Assembly: GCA_016935355.1 (NCBI GenBank)
Contig: JAFGRC010000172.1
Location: 7,091 to 71,090, forward strand
Origin: Bacteroidales bacterium
Lineage (GTDB): Bacteria; Bacteroidota; Bacteroidia; Bacteroidales; UBA10428
Length of the DNA stretch: 64,000 nucleotides
Direction of reading: 5' to 3'
In this document: one piece after another, positions 11,383 to 21,729 of the stretch
Position numbering within the stretch: position 1 is the first letter of the stretch
Layout of the letters: each line of letters opens with the position of its first letter
The notes under the pieces: model-generated
The model's input: the letters and a program-made list of their open reading frames with translations, nothing else
Database searches by the model: none
Told to the model about the DNA's origin: nothing
Program-made: the position numbers and the translations under genes

Positions 11383-11640
11383 ATGGAAAAGAGAAATTTA
11401 AGAAAAGAAAGGATCGGGACCGTTGCAAGCAACAGAATGGATAAAACCATTGTCGTTATTGAAAAAAGAAAGGTAAAACACCCGATCTACGGCAAGTTTA
11501 TCAGTCGGACCAGCAAGTATATGGCACACGATGAAAAGAATGACTGTAATATCGGCGATGTGGTCAGGATCATGGAAACACGTCCGTTAAGCAAAAACAA
11601 GAACTGGAGAGTGGTTGAAATTATTGAAAGAGCTAAATAA
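11383..11640 (+). CDS. rpsQ: 30S ribosomal protein S17
   Basis: The sequence [14 protein letters not shown]...HPIYGKF...HDE matches S17. In-frame ATGs at 11365 and 11374 are alternative starts. The listed start at 11311 would overlap rpmC and is rejected. Confidence 0.93.
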   Translation: MEKRNLRKERIGTVASNRMDKTIVVIEKRKVKHPIYGKFISRTSKYMAHDEKNDCNIGDVVRIMETRPLSKNKNWRVVEIIERAK

Positions 11641-11642
11641 TT

Positions 11643-12008
11643 ATGGTACAACAGGAAAGTAGACTAAGTGTTGCAGATAACAGCGGGGCAAAGGAGGTGC
11701 TTTGCATTCGCGTACTTGGAGGAACACGCAGAAGATATGCCTCTGTTGGTGATAAAATCGTTGTGACAGTCAAGAGCGCACTTCCGGCCAGTGAAGTAAA
11801 AAAAGGAACCGTTAGCAAAGCGGTGGTCGTGCGAACAAAAAAGGAAATTCGCCGTTCTGACGGTTCGTACATAAGATTTGATGATAATGCATGTGTGCTG
11901 CTCACGAATCAGGATGAGATCAGGGGTACGCGAATTTTCGGTCCGGTTGCCCGTGAACTTCGCGACAAGTACATGAAAATTGTATCACTTGCACCTGAGG
12001 TGTTATAA
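11643..12008 (+). CDS. rplN: 50S ribosomal protein L14
   Basis: [17 protein letters not shown] is the canonical L14 N-terminus. Confidence 0.98.
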   Translation: MVQQESRLSVADNSGAKEVLCIRVLGGTRRRYASVGDKIVVTVKSALPASEVKKGTVSKAVVVRTKKEIRRSDGSYIRFDDNACVLLTNQDEIRGTRIFGPVARELRDKYMKIVSLAPEVL

Positions 12009-12025
12009 TATTAAAAACAAATACC

Positions 12026-12349
12026 ATGCAAAAGAAATTACATATAAAAAAAGGCGATATTGTTTATGTGAATACCGGAGAGAATAAAGGACAACAGGGA
12101 CGGGTGCTCGAGGTGATCAGAAAATCGGAAAAGGCAATTGTTGAGGGTATCAATTTGGTTTCCAAGCATACAAAACCGAATGCCAAAAGTCCGCAGGGTG
12201 GTATATTGAAACAGGAAGCTCCTGTGCATATATCAAATCTGATGATCATCGATCCTTCATCCGGAAAACCCACCCGGATCGGAAGACGGCTGAACAAACA
12301 GGGTGTCTTGGTAAAATACGCAAAAAAATCAGGCGAGGAGATTAAATAA
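12026..12349 (+). CDS. rplX: 50S ribosomal protein L24
   Basis: It is 107 aa with the KOW motif [19 protein letters not shown]. Confidence 0.97.
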   Translation: MQKKLHIKKGDIVYVNTGENKGQQGRVLEVIRKSEKAIVEGINLVSKHTKPNAKSPQGGILKQEAPVHISNLMIIDPSSGKPTRIGRRLNKQGVLVKYAKKSGEEIK

Positions 12350-12906
12350 TGACTTATATACCAAATTTAAAAGCAAAATACCGGAAAGAAATTATACCGG
12401 CACTGACAAAGGAGTTCAATTATCATTCAGTGATGGAAGTCCCCAGGCTTAAGAAAATCGTAATTAACCAGGGTGTTGGCCAGGCCGTTTCTGACAAGAA
12501 AATTGTGGATCTGGCGCAGGAAGAACTGACTTTAATTACCGGTCAGAAAGCGATACAAACCTTAAGTAAAAAAGATGTATCCAATTTTAAACTTCGCAGG
12601 AAGATGCCCATTGGAGTTAAAGTAACATTGAGAAGGGACAGGATGTTTGAATTCCTGGAAAGGTTGATTTGTATTGCCTTGCCCAGGATCAGGGATTTTA
12701 AGGGCGTTAATCCGAAATTTGACGGCAGGGGTAATTATACGCTTGGTATCACTGAACAGATTATCTTTCCTGAGATCGATATCGACAAGATCAATAAGAT
12801 ACTGGGCATGGAAATATCATTTATTACATCAGCCAAATCTGATGAGGAAGCTTTTGCCCTGTTGCGTGAATTTGGCTTACCTTTTAAAAACATTAAAAAG
12901 AACTGA
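12349..12906 (+). CDS. rplE: 50S ribosomal protein L5
   Basis: It is 185 aa. There is a TAATG one-base overlap with the rplX stop. The [15 protein letters not shown] motif is present. Confidence 0.97.
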   Translation: MTYIPNLKAKYRKEIIPALTKEFNYHSVMEVPRLKKIVINQGVGQAVSDKKIVDLAQEELTLITGQKAIQTLSKKDVSNFKLRRKMPIGVKVTLRRDRMFEFLERLICIALPRIRDFKGVNPKFDGRGNYTLGITEQIIFPEIDIDKINKILGMEISFITSAKSDEEAFALLREFGLPFKNIKKN

Positions 12907-12911
12907 CTGAT

Positions 12912-13181
12912 ATGGCTAAAGAATCAATGAAAGCCCGTGAAGTAAGGCGCAGAAAACTGGTGGCAAAATATGCTGAGAAAAGAGCAAAGCTGAAAGCTCA
13001 GGGTGAATATCAGGAACTCAGCCGCTTGCCGAGAAATTCAAATCCCATCAGATTGCACAACAGGTGTAACCTGACCGGAAGGCCGAAAGGATATATTCGC
13101 CAGTTCGGCATCAGCAGGATTGTATTTCGTGATCTGGCTTCCAAAGGCCTTATACCCGGGGTGAAAAAAGCAAGTTGGTAA
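12912..13181 (+). CDS. rpsN: 30S ribosomal protein S14 (long, non-zinc form)
   Basis: It is 89 aa and ends ...[11 protein letters not shown]. No CxxC pairs are present. Confidence 0.96.
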   Translation: MAKESMKAREVRRRKLVAKYAEKRAKLKAQGEYQELSRLPRNSNPIRLHNRCNLTGRPKGYIRQFGISRIVFRDLASKGLIPGVKKASW

Positions 13182-13211
13182 TTATTTGAACAAACAGGAG
13201 AATAAAAAACT

Positions 13212-13610
13212 ATGATGACAGATCCGATAGCAGATTATCTTACCCGTTTGAGGAATGCAATTTCAGCAAAACATAAAGTCGTTGAGATCCCATCCTCAAA
13301 TTTAAAAAAGGATATAACCAAAATATTATACAACAAAGGTTACATTCTCAACTATAAGTTCATTGATGATGAGCTGCAGGGTATCATTAAAATTGCTTTG
13401 AAATATCATCCCGAAACCAGGCAGTCAGCCATAAGGACCCTGAAAAGGATCAGTACACCCGGACTTCGCAGATACAGCGGTTTCCAGGAGCTGCCAAGAG
13501 TCCTCAACGGTCTTGGAATTGCGATTGTGTCCACATCGAAGGGTGTGATGACCGATAAGGAAGCCAGAAAACTTAAAATTGGCGGTGAAATTTTGTGTTA
13601 TGTATATTAA
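13212..13610 (+). CDS. rpsH: 30S ribosomal protein S8
   Basis: The [14 protein letters not shown] motif is present. Length is 132 aa. Confidence 0.97.
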   Translation: MMTDPIADYLTRLRNAISAKHKVVEIPSSNLKKDITKILYNKGYILNYKFIDDELQGIIKIALKYHPETRQSAIRTLKRISTPGLRRYSGFQELPRVLNGLGIAIVSTSKGVMTDKEARKLKIGGEILCYVY

Positions 13611-13625
13611 AAAAAGGAATATTCA

Positions 13626-14183
13626 ATGTCACGGATAGGAAATCTTCCAGTAACAATAACTCCGGGCGTAACGGTAACGGTAAGTGAAGATAATACAGTT
13701 ACGGTAAAAGGCCCCCGGGGGGAGCTTCATCAGAAAGTTAATCCTGATCTGAAGATTAAGGTTGAAAATGATGAAGTTACCTTAAGCAGACCGACCGACC
13801 AGAAACGTCATAAGGCAATGCATGGTTTGTACCGTTCACTGATCAGTAATATGGTGGCCGGAGTAACAGAAGGATATAAAATAGAGTTGGAAGTTGTTGG
13901 CGTCGGCTTTAAGGCTGATGCAAAGGACCAGCTTCTGGAACTTCACGTAGGGTATTCACATGATATCTATTTTCAGATTCCGAAAGAAGTGAAAGTGGAA
14001 GCACGGACTGAAAGAAGAAGCAATCCAGTCATTACACTTACCAGCAACGATAAACAGCTTATCGGTCAGATAGCGGCCAAGATCAGGTCTTTCCGCAAAC
14101 CAGAACCTTATAAGGGGAAAGGTATCAAATTTGTAAATGAACAATTACGCAAGAAGGCCGGTAAATCGGCAGCAACCAAATAA
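13626..14183 (+). CDS. rplF: 50S ribosomal protein L6
   Basis: The sequence MSRIGNLPV...VKGPRGEL matches L6. Length is 185 aa. Confidence 0.97.
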   Translation: MSRIGNLPVTITPGVTVTVSEDNTVTVKGPRGELHQKVNPDLKIKVENDEVTLSRPTDQKRHKAMHGLYRSLISNMVAGVTEGYKIELEVVGVGFKADAKDQLLELHVGYSHDIYFQIPKEVKVEARTERRSNPVITLTSNDKQLIGQIAAKIRSFRKPEPYKGKGIKFVNEQLRKKAGKSAATK

Positions 14184-14203
14184 GGCTTAAAAAACAAAGG
14201 ATT

Positions 14204-14563
14204 ATGGCTTTAACTAAGGTAGAAAGAAGAAAAAGAATAAAACTGCGCATCCGGAAGAACATTCACGGTACGGGCGACAAACCCCGTTTTTCAGTATTCC
14301 GGAGCAACAAGGAAATCTATGTTCAGTTTATTGATGATTTAAAGGGCAGTACCTTGCTTTCTGTCTCATCCCGGAATAAAGAAGTCGCTGACAAAACCGG
14401 AGTTACAAAGACTGAAAAGGCCCGTATGGTTGGAAAACTTGCTGCAGAAAAACTTATGGAAAAGGGTATCAGCCAGGTCGTTTTTGACCGCAATGGCTAC
14501 CTGTACCACGGTAGAATAAAAGCCCTGGCTGAAGCTGCCAGGGAAGGAGGACTTAAATTTTAA
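14204..14563 (+). CDS. rplR: 50S ribosomal protein L18
   Basis: It is 119 aa with the [23 protein letters not shown] motif. Confidence 0.97.
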   Translation: MALTKVERRKRIKLRIRKNIHGTGDKPRFSVFRSNKEIYVQFIDDLKGSTLLSVSSRNKEVADKTGVTKTEKARMVGKLAAEKLMEKGISQVVFDRNGYLYHGRIKALAEAAREGGLKF

Positions 14564-14569
14564 AGCACT

Positions 14570-15091
14570 ATGTCAAACGCAAGCATAAGAAGAGTAAAGA
14601 CAACGGATCTGGACCTGAAAGACCGTCTGGTGAGCATTCAACGTGTTACCAAAGTGACAAAGGGTGGCCGGACCTTCAGCTTTTCCGCCATCGTTGTTGT
14701 CGGAAATGAGGATGGCATTGTCGGGTATGGACTGGGTAAGGCGAACGAAGTTACAACGGCCATTGCCAAAGGGGTCGAGGATGCCAAAAAGAACCTGATC
14801 AAGGTTCCGGTCAATAAGGGCACCATACCTCATGAGCAATTTGCCAAATACGGAGGTGCGAGAGTTTTCCTGAAACCGGCTTCAAGCGGGACGGGAGTAA
14901 AAGCAGGGGGAGCCATGCGGGCAGTACTGGAGAGTGTTGGGATAAAGGATGTATTGGCAAAATCGAAAGGGTCCTCCAATCCGCACAATCTTGTCAAGGC
15001 TACATTCAGTGCACTTTTGATGATGCGGGATGCATACACGGTTGCTCAGAACAGGGATGTGAGTCTTGAAAAGGTATTTATCGGACAATAA
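14570..15091 (+). CDS. rpsE: 30S ribosomal protein S5
   Basis: The [21 protein letters not shown] motif is present. Length is 173 aa. Confidence 0.97.
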   Translation: MSNASIRRVKTTDLDLKDRLVSIQRVTKVTKGGRTFSFSAIVVVGNEDGIVGYGLGKANEVTTAIAKGVEDAKKNLIKVPVNKGTIPHEQFAKYGGARVFLKPASSGTGVKAGGAMRAVLESVGIKDVLAKSKGSSNPHNLVKATFSALLMMRDAYTVAQNRDVSLEKVFIGQ

Positions 15092-15108
15092 CAGATAAAA
15101 ACTAACAA

Positions 15109-15285
15109 ATGGGAAAGATCAGGATAACACAAATAAGAAGCAAGATACATTGTACCAGGAGGCAGAAACTTACGCTTCAGGCTCTGGGACTCAGAAAACT
15201 TAACGCGACTGTTGAACATGAAGCGACACCCCAGATTATGGGTATGATCGAAAAAGTAAGACATCTGCTGAAAATTTCAGAATAG
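15109..15285 (+). CDS. rpmD: 50S ribosomal protein L30 (58 aa; not in the supplied ORF track)
   Basis: Hand translation from the ATG at 15109 to the TAG at 15283-15285 gives MGKIRITQIRSKIHCTRRQKLTLQALGLRKLNATVEHEATPQIMGMIEKVRHLLKISE. This is a typical L30, in the expected slot between rpsE and rplO. Confidence 0.93.
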   Translation: MGKIRITQIRSKIHCTRRQKLTLQALGLRKLNATVEHEATPQIMGMIEKVRHLLKISE

Positions 15286-15307
15286 TAAACATTAAGAATT
15301 TCAAATT

Positions 15308-15754
15308 ATGAATCTGAGTAATTTAAAACCGGCTAAGGGATCAATCAGGAAAAGCAAACGTATTGGAAGAGGTCAGGGATCAGGAAGGGGTGGTACTTCA
15401 ACAAAAGGGCACAAAGGACACCAGTCGAGATCGGGTTACTCGCGCAAAACGGGTTTTGAAGGGGGTCAGATGCCTTTGCAGAGAAGGGTGCCGAAATTCG
15501 GATTCAGCAATATTAACCGGAAAGAATATAAGGCTATAAATATTTCTACTTTACAATCCCTGGCGGATTCTAAAAAACTTACATCGATCGATGTAAATAC
15601 TTTCATAGATGCAGGTCTGATCGCTAAGAAAGATCTTGTGAAAATTCTTGGTAACGGAACACTTACTTCCCGGCTTGATGTGAAAGCCCACGCCTTTTCA
15701 AAATCAGCCAGAGAAGCTATTGAAAAATTACAGGGAACTGCAACCATAATCTAA
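15308..15754 (+). CDS. rplO: 50S ribosomal protein L15
   Basis: The L15 N-terminus [10 protein letters not shown]...KRIGRG.GSG.GGTS.KGHKG is present. Confidence 0.97.
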   Translation: MNLSNLKPAKGSIRKSKRIGRGQGSGRGGTSTKGHKGHQSRSGYSRKTGFEGGQMPLQRRVPKFGFSNINRKEYKAINISTLQSLADSKKLTSIDVNTFIDAGLIAKKDLVKILGNGTLTSRLDVKAHAFSKSAREAIEKLQGTATII

Positions 15755-15762
15755 ATTTCCGG

Positions 15763-17094
15763 ATGAAAAAGCTCATACAGACATTAAAGAACATATATAA
15801 AATTGAGGACCTCAGATACAGGATTTTCTTTACACTGGGGATCATTCTTATTTATCGTCTGGGATCTGAAGTGGTTCTGCCCGGTGTCGATCCGGCCATG
15901 CTTACGGCATTTGCCCAGCGCACCACGCAGGGTGTACTGGGATTGCTGGACATGTTCTCGGGTGGCGCTTTCTCGAATGCGTCGGTTTTTGCACTTGGAA
16001 TCATGCCCTATATCTCCGCCTCAATTATCATTCAGCTTCTCACCATCGCTGTTCCCTATTTTCAGCGTTTGCAAAAGGAAGGTGAAAGCGGAAGAAGAAA
16101 AATGAACCAGATCACGCGTTATCTGACCGTAATTGTGCTGGTTTTACAGGCGCCAGCTTATCTGACACAGATACCGGATGAGGCGAAAATCATGGCACAG
16201 ACACCTTTTCTGATCTCATCAATCATTATACTGACATCAGGCACAATTTTTGTGATGTGGCTTGGCGAACGCATAACAGATAAAGGTATCGGGAACGGAA
16301 TATCGCTGATCATTATGATCGGTATCATCGCCAGGTTCCCGTTTGCCATTTCCAGTGAGCTGACAGACAGACTGAACGGGCAGGGCGGACTTGTAGCATT
16401 CCTGGTTGAGATCATATTTTTGTTCCTGGTTTTCGTGGTAAGCATTCTGCTGGTTCAGGGGACAAGGCGCATACCGGTTCAATACGCCAAGAGGATCATT
16501 GGAAACAAACAATATGGCGGAGTGCGGCAGTATATACCACTTAAGGTAAATGCAGCCGGAGTAATGCCCATCATTTTTGCACAGGCTTTGATGTTTCTTC
16601 CGTTGTCATTTGCCCGATACGGTTCAGGCGGCGAAATCATGTCCAAATTCGTCGCCGCATTCGCAAGTTATACCAGCATCTGGTATAACCTGGTCTTTGC
16701 TCTGCTGATCATATTGTTCACATATTTTTATACAGCCATCACGATCAATCCGACACAAATGGCTGAGGATATGAAAAAGAACGGCGGTTTCATACCGGGG
16801 GTGAAACCCGGTAAAAGGACTGCCGAATTTATCGATACAGTGATGTCGAGAATAACATTACCCGGTTCGATTTTCCTGGCGATAGTGGCAATTATGCCTG
16901 CTTTTGCCGGTCTGCTGGGTATTCAACAAAGTTTTGCTCAGTTTTTCGGGGGAACTTCCCTGCTCATTCTCGTTGGTGTCGTTCTCGATACGCTGCAGCA
17001 AATTGAAAGTCATTTGCTGATGCGGCATTACGATGGTCTGATGAAAACAGGAAGAATTAAGGGAAGGGCAGGCGGTTATGCTTCTTCCATTTGA
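15763..17094 (+). CDS. secY: Preprotein translocase subunit SecY
   Basis: It is a 443-aa polytopic membrane protein with SecY motifs (GIMPYISASII; GTSLLI.VGV), and the gene order fits. Confidence 0.97.
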   Translation: MKKLIQTLKNIYKIEDLRYRIFFTLGIILIYRLGSEVVLPGVDPAMLTAFAQRTTQGVLGLLDMFSGGAFSNASVFALGIMPYISASIIIQLLTIAVPYFQRLQKEGESGRRKMNQITRYLTVIVLVLQAPAYLTQIPDEAKIMAQTPFLISSIIILTSGTIFVMWLGERITDKGIGNGISLIIMIGIIARFPFAISSELTDRLNGQGGLVAFLVEIIFLFLVFVVSILLVQGTRRIPVQYAKRIIGNKQYGGVRQYIPLKVNAAGVMPIIFAQALMFLPLSFARYGSGGEIMSKFVAAFASYTSIWYNLVFALLIILFTYFYTAITINPTQMAEDMKKNGGFIPGVKPGKRTAEFIDTVMSRITLPGSIFLAIVAIMPAFAGLLGIQQSFAQFFGGTSLLILVGVVLDTLQQIESHLLMRHYDGLMKTGRIKGRAGGYASSI

Positions 17095-17118
17095 CCAGGA
17101 AGTTTGAAACGTTCTTTG

Positions 17119-17898
17119 ATGATACATTTAAAAACACAGGAAGAGATTGAACTGATAAGAGAAAGTAACCAGCTGGTTTCAAAAACCCTGGCCGAGGTTG
17201 CACGTGTGATTGCGCCGGGAGTGACGACACTTGAACTTGATGTGGTTGCCGAGGAATACATACGCAGTCAGGGTGCAATACCCGGTTTTCTGGGTTACAA
17301 AGGTTATCCAAACACTCTGTGTACCTCGGTAAATCAGCAGGTTGTTCATGGAATACCCTCTTCCTATGTACTGAAAGAAGGAGACATCATTTCCATTGAC
17401 TGCGGGGTGCTGTATCATGGTTTTTACGGGGATTCGGCATATACATTTGCCATCGGTCATATTTCAGAAGATGTCAGATTACTCCTGAAAACGACCAGAA
17501 CGTCTCTCTTTAAGGCTATTGAACAGACCGAAGCAGGAAAACGAACTGGTGATATCGGTTATGCAGTGCAGAACTTTTGCGAGAAGAACGGATATTCCGT
17601 AGTGCGTGAACTGGTGGGACACGGGATTGGTAAGGGACTGCATGAGGCACCGGAAGTACCGAATTATGGCAAACGTGGGCAGGGAGTTCGGTTACAGGAG
17701 GGTATGGTGATCTGTATCGAACCCATGATCAATATGGGCCGAAGGGAAATTGTACACAGTCCGGACGGCTGGACAGTATCCACGGCCGATCATATGCCGT
17801 CAGCCCATTTTGAGTTGTGCATTGCAATTCGCAACAGTGGGCCGGATATTCTTTCAACATTTGATTATATAGAGGAAGTATACCATAATATTGTTTAA
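17119..17898 (+). CDS. map: Type I methionine aminopeptidase
   Basis: The ATG at 17119 gives MIHLKTQEEIELIRES. Metal-ligand motifs are present (DCG...GFYGDSAYTF; HGIG; ICIEPM). The listed TTG at 17104 is less likely. Confidence 0.96.
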   Translation: MIHLKTQEEIELIRESNQLVSKTLAEVARVIAPGVTTLELDVVAEEYIRSQGAIPGFLGYKGYPNTLCTSVNQQVVHGIPSSYVLKEGDIISIDCGVLYHGFYGDSAYTFAIGHISEDVRLLLKTTRTSLFKAIEQTEAGKRTGDIGYAVQNFCEKNGYSVVRELVGHGIGKGLHEAPEVPNYGKRGQGVRLQEGMVICIEPMINMGRREIVHSPDGWTVSTADHMPSAHFELCIAIRNSGPDILSTFDYIEEVYHNIV

Positions 17899-17913
17899 AT
17901 TACAGGTTAACAT

Positions 17914-18132
17914 ATGTCAAAACAACCGTCAATCGAACAGGATGGCTTAATTAAGGAAGCATTATCCAATGCAATGTTCCGGGTTGAACTGCAAAACGGG
18001 CATATCATAACAGCGCATATTTCCGGTAAAATGCGAATGCATTATATTAAAATATTACCCGGTGATAAAGTGAGGGTTGAAATGTCACCATATGATCTGA
18101 CAAAAGGAAGAATTACATTCAGATATAAATAA
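17914..18132 (+). CDS. infA: Translation initiation factor IF-1
   Basis: It is 72 aa with an S1-like fold signature ([28 protein letters not shown]). Confidence 0.97.
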   Translation: MSKQPSIEQDGLIKEALSNAMFRVELQNGHIITAHISGKMRMHYIKILPGDKVRVEMSPYDLTKGRITFRYK

Positions 18133-18147
18133 TACAATTGAGGAAAA

Positions 18148-18264
18148 ATGAAAGTTAGAGCATCTGTTAAAAAACGCACTGTCAACTGCAAGATCGTTCG
18201 CAGAAAAGGGAAATTATTTGTGATTAATAAGAAAAATCCCAAGTACAAACAACGGCAGGGGTAA
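18148..18264 (+). CDS. rpmJ: 50S ribosomal protein L36 (38 aa; not in the supplied ORF track)
   Basis: Hand translation from the ATG at 18148 to the TAA at 18262-18264 gives [38 protein letters not shown]. This is a typical L36, lying between infA and rpsM. Confidence 0.93.
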   Translation: MKVRASVKKRTVNCKIVRRKGKLFVINKKNPKYKQRQG

Positions 18265-18292
18265 TTAATGATTATAACTAATATACATCAAT

Positions 18293-18670
18293 ATGGCACG
18301 AATAGTAGGTGTTGACTTACCAAAGAACAAGAGGGGTGAAATTGGTCTTACCTATATATATGGTATTGGCCGGAGTTTGTCACAAAAGATCCTTGAAAAG
18401 GCCGGCGTTGACAGGAATATTAAGGTAAAGGACTGGAGTGATGAACAGGTTAACCTGATCAGAAAAATAGTCAATGACAATTTTAAGGTTGAGGGAGAGC
18501 TGCGTTCCCAGGTTCAATTGAATATCAAACGTCTGATGGATATCGGAAGCTACCGGGGAATCCGGCACCGTATCGGTCTTCCTGTCAGGGGACAAAGTAC
18601 CAAAAATAATGCCCGTACACGGAAGGGGCGCAGAAAAACCGTTGCAAACAAAAAGAAAGCTACCAAATAA
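18293..18670 (+). CDS. rpsM: 30S ribosomal protein S13
   Basis: [10 protein letters not shown] and the YRGIRHR.GLPVRGQ motifs are present. Confidence 0.98.
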   Translation: MARIVGVDLPKNKRGEIGLTYIYGIGRSLSQKILEKAGVDRNIKVKDWSDEQVNLIRKIVNDNFKVEGELRSQVQLNIKRLMDIGSYRGIRHRIGLPVRGQSTKNNARTRKGRRKTVANKKKATK

Positions 18671-18680
18671 GAATTGAATT

Positions 18681-19070
18681 ATGGCAAAAAAAACAGGAAC
18701 CGCAAAAAAGAAGGTTGTAAAGGTTGATCCTGTGGGACAGGCTCACATTCACGCCTCTTTTAATAATATTATCATTTCCATGACAAACAGCCAGGGACAG
18801 GTAATATCATGGGCTTCCGCGGGTAAAATGGGATTTAAGGGATCTAAGAAAAACACACCTTATGCTGCTCAGGTTGCCGCGGGTGACTGCTCCAAAATTG
18901 CCTTTGATCTGGGATTGCGGAAGGTGAAGGTCTTTGTCAAGGGACCCGGTGCAGGAAGGGAATCTGCCATCAGAACCATCCATACAGCCGGCATTGAAGT
19001 CATTGAAATTGTGGATGTGACACCACTTCCGCATAACGGTTGCCGTCCCCCGGGCAGGAGAAGGGTATAA
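18681..19070 (+). CDS. rpsK: 30S ribosomal protein S11
   Basis: The sequence [14 protein letters not shown]...[11 protein letters not shown] matches S11. Confidence 0.98.
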   Translation: MAKKTGTAKKKVVKVDPVGQAHIHASFNNIIISMTNSQGQVISWASAGKMGFKGSKKNTPYAAQVAAGDCSKIAFDLGLRKVKVFVKGPGAGRESAIRTIHTAGIEVIEIVDVTPLPHNGCRPPGRRRV

Positions 19071-19131
19071 GGATAGCGGTCATATTAAAATCAGGTACAG
19101 ACTATTATAAGTTTACATAATTAAAATAAAA

Positions 19132-19737
19132 ATGGCAAGATATACCGGACCAAGAACCAAAATCGCAAGAAAATTCGGAGATCCGATTTTCGGACCAGAT
19201 AAGAGCTTTGATAAAAAGAATTATCCGCCGGGGCAACACGGCATCAACAAGAAAAGAAGAAAACTCTCGGAATACGGTTTGCAGCTTCGCGAAAAGCAAA
19301 AGGCCAAATATACTTATGGATTGCTTGAGCGTCAGTTTGCCAATTTGTTTGACAAAGCTTCCAGAAGCAAGGGTGTTACAGGTGAAGTATTGTTGCAACT
19401 TCTGGAATCACGGCTCGATAACCTGGTTTTCAGACTGGGTATCGCACCCACGCGTTCGGGAGCGCGACAACTGGTTTCGCACCGTCACATTACGGTGAAC
19501 GGAAATGTTGTAAGCATACCTTCCTTTGCAGTTAAACCCGGTGATATTATCGGTGTACGTGAAAAATCCAAATCACTTGAGATCATCCAGGATTCTTTAA
19601 GCTCACGCAGGGTAAATGTATCATGGTTAACCTGGGATCCGGCATCCATGTCCGGCAAGTATCTGAACCAGCCTGAACGTGATCAGATCCCTGAAACCAT
19701 TAAGGAACAATTAATTGTTGAATTGTATTCAAAATAA
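19132..19737 (+). CDS. rpsD: 30S ribosomal protein S4
   Basis: The sequence [12 protein letters not shown] is present with an S4 RNA-binding domain. Length is 201 aa. Confidence 0.98.
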   Translation: MARYTGPRTKIARKFGDPIFGPDKSFDKKNYPPGQHGINKKRRKLSEYGLQLREKQKAKYTYGLLERQFANLFDKASRSKGVTGEVLLQLLESRLDNLVFRLGIAPTRSGARQLVSHRHITVNGNVVSIPSFAVKPGDIIGVREKSKSLEIIQDSLSSRRVNVSWLTWDPASMSGKYLNQPERDQIPETIKEQLIVELYSK

Positions 19738-19753
19738 TCGTAATTCTAATTAT

Positions 19754-20746
19754 ATGGCCATTTTAGCTTTTCAGAAACCCGACAAGGTAATCATGATAGA
19801 ATCGGACAATAAGTCCGGAAATTTTGAATTCAGACCCCTTGAACCTGGTTATGGTATTACAATTGGTAATGCTTTGCGGAGGATTCTGTTATCGTCGCTT
19901 GAGGGTTATGCAATAACTGCTGTTAAAATCGATGGCGTGGAGCACGAATTTGCTTCCATTGCAGGTGTTATCGAAGATATGGTTGAGATTGTACTCAACC
20001 TCAAGCAAATACGTTTTAAAAATCTGATCGAGGATGTCGATGACGAAAAGATCATGGTAACAATCTCCGATCAGGATGTTTTTAAAGCCGGGGATCTGAA
20101 CCGGTTTTTAAGCAGTTTTGAAGTGCTGAATCCTGAGCAGGATATCTGTCATATGGAAAAAGATGTGGAACTTCATATGGAAATATACATCAATAAGGGG
20201 AGGGGATATGTATCCGCTGAGGAAAACAAGCCCTTCGATGCAGAATTTGGCCTGATACCCATTGATTCGATATTCACGCCCATTAAGAACGTAAAGTATT
20301 CCGTTGAGAATTACCGTGTGGAACAGAAGACCGACTACGAGAAACTTTTACTGGAAATACAAACGGACGGATCAATCCACCCGAAGGATGCACTGAAAGA
20401 AGCAGCCAAAATACTGATCTATCATTTTATGCTTTTTTCAGATGAAAAGATCACACTGGATTCAGATGAAAGAGCTGCAAATGAAGAATTTGATGAAGAA
20501 GTGCTGCATATGCGTCAGTTGCTGAAGACCAAACTGGTTGATCTTGACTTATCCGTAAGGGCTTTGAACTGCCTTAAAGCTGCTGAGGTCGAGACACTGG
20601 GAGACCTGGTAAGATTCAATAAAAATGACCTGTTAAAATTCAGGAATTTCGGAAAGAAATCGCTGACAGAACTTGATGAACTGCTCGAAACCATGAATCT
20701 TTCATTCGGAATGGACACCTCAAAATACAAGCTTGATAAAGATTAA
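19754..20746 (+). CDS. rpoA: DNA-directed RNA polymerase subunit alpha
   Basis: The ATG at 19754 gives [12 protein letters not shown]. The alpha NTD motifs and the CTD motif ([22 protein letters not shown]) are present. The listed start at 19715 overlaps rpsD and is less likely. Confidence 0.97.
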   Translation: MAILAFQKPDKVIMIESDNKSGNFEFRPLEPGYGITIGNALRRILLSSLEGYAITAVKIDGVEHEFASIAGVIEDMVEIVLNLKQIRFKNLIEDVDDEKIMVTISDQDVFKAGDLNRFLSSFEVLNPEQDICHMEKDVELHMEIYINKGRGYVSAEENKPFDAEFGLIPIDSIFTPIKNVKYSVENYRVEQKTDYEKLLLEIQTDGSIHPKDALKEAAKILIYHFMLFSDEKITLDSDERAANEEFDEEVLHMRQLLKTKLVDLDLSVRALNCLKAAEVETLGDLVRFNKNDLLKFRNFGKKSLTELDELLETMNLSFGMDTSKYKLDKD

Positions 20747-20814
20747 TCAGGAATCAGGAAAGAGTTATTAATAATACAAGGTATTGTTACCTTATGATTT
20801 AATTCAAGATTGAC

Positions 20815-21570
20815 ATGAGACACAATAATAAAATAAATGCCCTGGGTAGAAAAAGTGCGCATCGTAAAGCAATGCTTTCCAATATGGCGACTTCACTCAT
20901 TTTGCACAAGCGTATCATGACAACAGTTGCCAGGGCAAAAGCACTAAGGGTGTATATTGAACCGATCATCACCAAATCAAAGGAGGATACAACACATTCC
21001 AGGAGGCTGGCTTTCAGTTATTTGCAGGATAAGAATGCTGTGACTGAATTGTTCCGGGAAGTATCACCCAAGGTTATGGAGAGGCCAGGCGGTTATACCC
21101 GTATCCTGAAGACCGGCAACCGGTTAGGTGATTCGGCTGAAATGTGCTATATTGAACTGGTTGACTTTAACGAAAGCATGCTGGCTGCGAAGGCTGCCAC
21201 GGAGGCCAAAGCCACGCGCAGAAGCCGCAGGGGCTCGAAGAAAAAGACCGGTACCGAAACTGAAATGAAGGGCAGGCAGGCCGTGGTTGCTGCCAGAACT
21301 GAAACAGAATCCAAAAAAATGAAAGCCGGAGTTCCGGAAAAAAAGCCGGAGGATGGGATAGCAACAGAGAAGAAGGATGAAATCAAAACCAGACCGGAAC
21401 AGGATTTTGAGGTGAAATCAGGAGGGACTCAGCCATCAGAACCCTTAGATGAAACCGGAACTGAAAAGGTAACTTCATTTCCGGGTGAAGAAGATCAGGC
21501 CGGTGAAGGGGAACAGGATTCAGGTTCTGAACAATCTGCGGGAGAGGAAGAAAAGACTGACAGAGAATAA
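20815..21570 (+). CDS. rplQ: 50S ribosomal protein L17 with a roughly 130-aa low-complexity acidic C-terminal extension
   Basis: The N-terminal ~118 aa are canonical L17 (MRHNNK...GGYTRILK...AEMCYIELV). The remainder is an E/K/T/G-rich tail. Confidence 0.95.
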   Translation: MRHNNKINALGRKSAHRKAMLSNMATSLILHKRIMTTVARAKALRVYIEPIITKSKEDTTHSRRLAFSYLQDKNAVTELFREVSPKVMERPGGYTRILKTGNRLGDSAEMCYIELVDFNESMLAAKAATEAKATRRSRRGSKKKTGTETEMKGRQAVVAARTETESKKMKAGVPEKKPEDGIATEKKDEIKTRPEQDFEVKSGGTQPSEPLDETGTEKVTSFPGEEDQAGEGEQDSGSEQSAGEEEKTDRE

Positions 21571-21600
21571 ATATACCATTTACCGGTTATTTCAATAGCG

Positions 21601-21639
21601 AGGGATAAGGATTTTCGATATCTTAATCCCTTATTTTTT
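21601..21639 (+). terminator. Putative intrinsic terminator after rplQ
   Basis: AGGGATAAGGAT-tttcgat-ATCTTAATCCCT forms 10 of 12 pairs and is followed by TATTTTTT. A second related hairpin lies at about 21650-21676. Confidence 0.55.
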
Positions 21640-21729
21640 GGGATATGCAAAAGGGAATTATCTTTAATCCCTTTGTTAGTTATAATTTGTTGTTTAATTT
21701 AGTTCTTTATTGTAAATAATGATCTGAGT

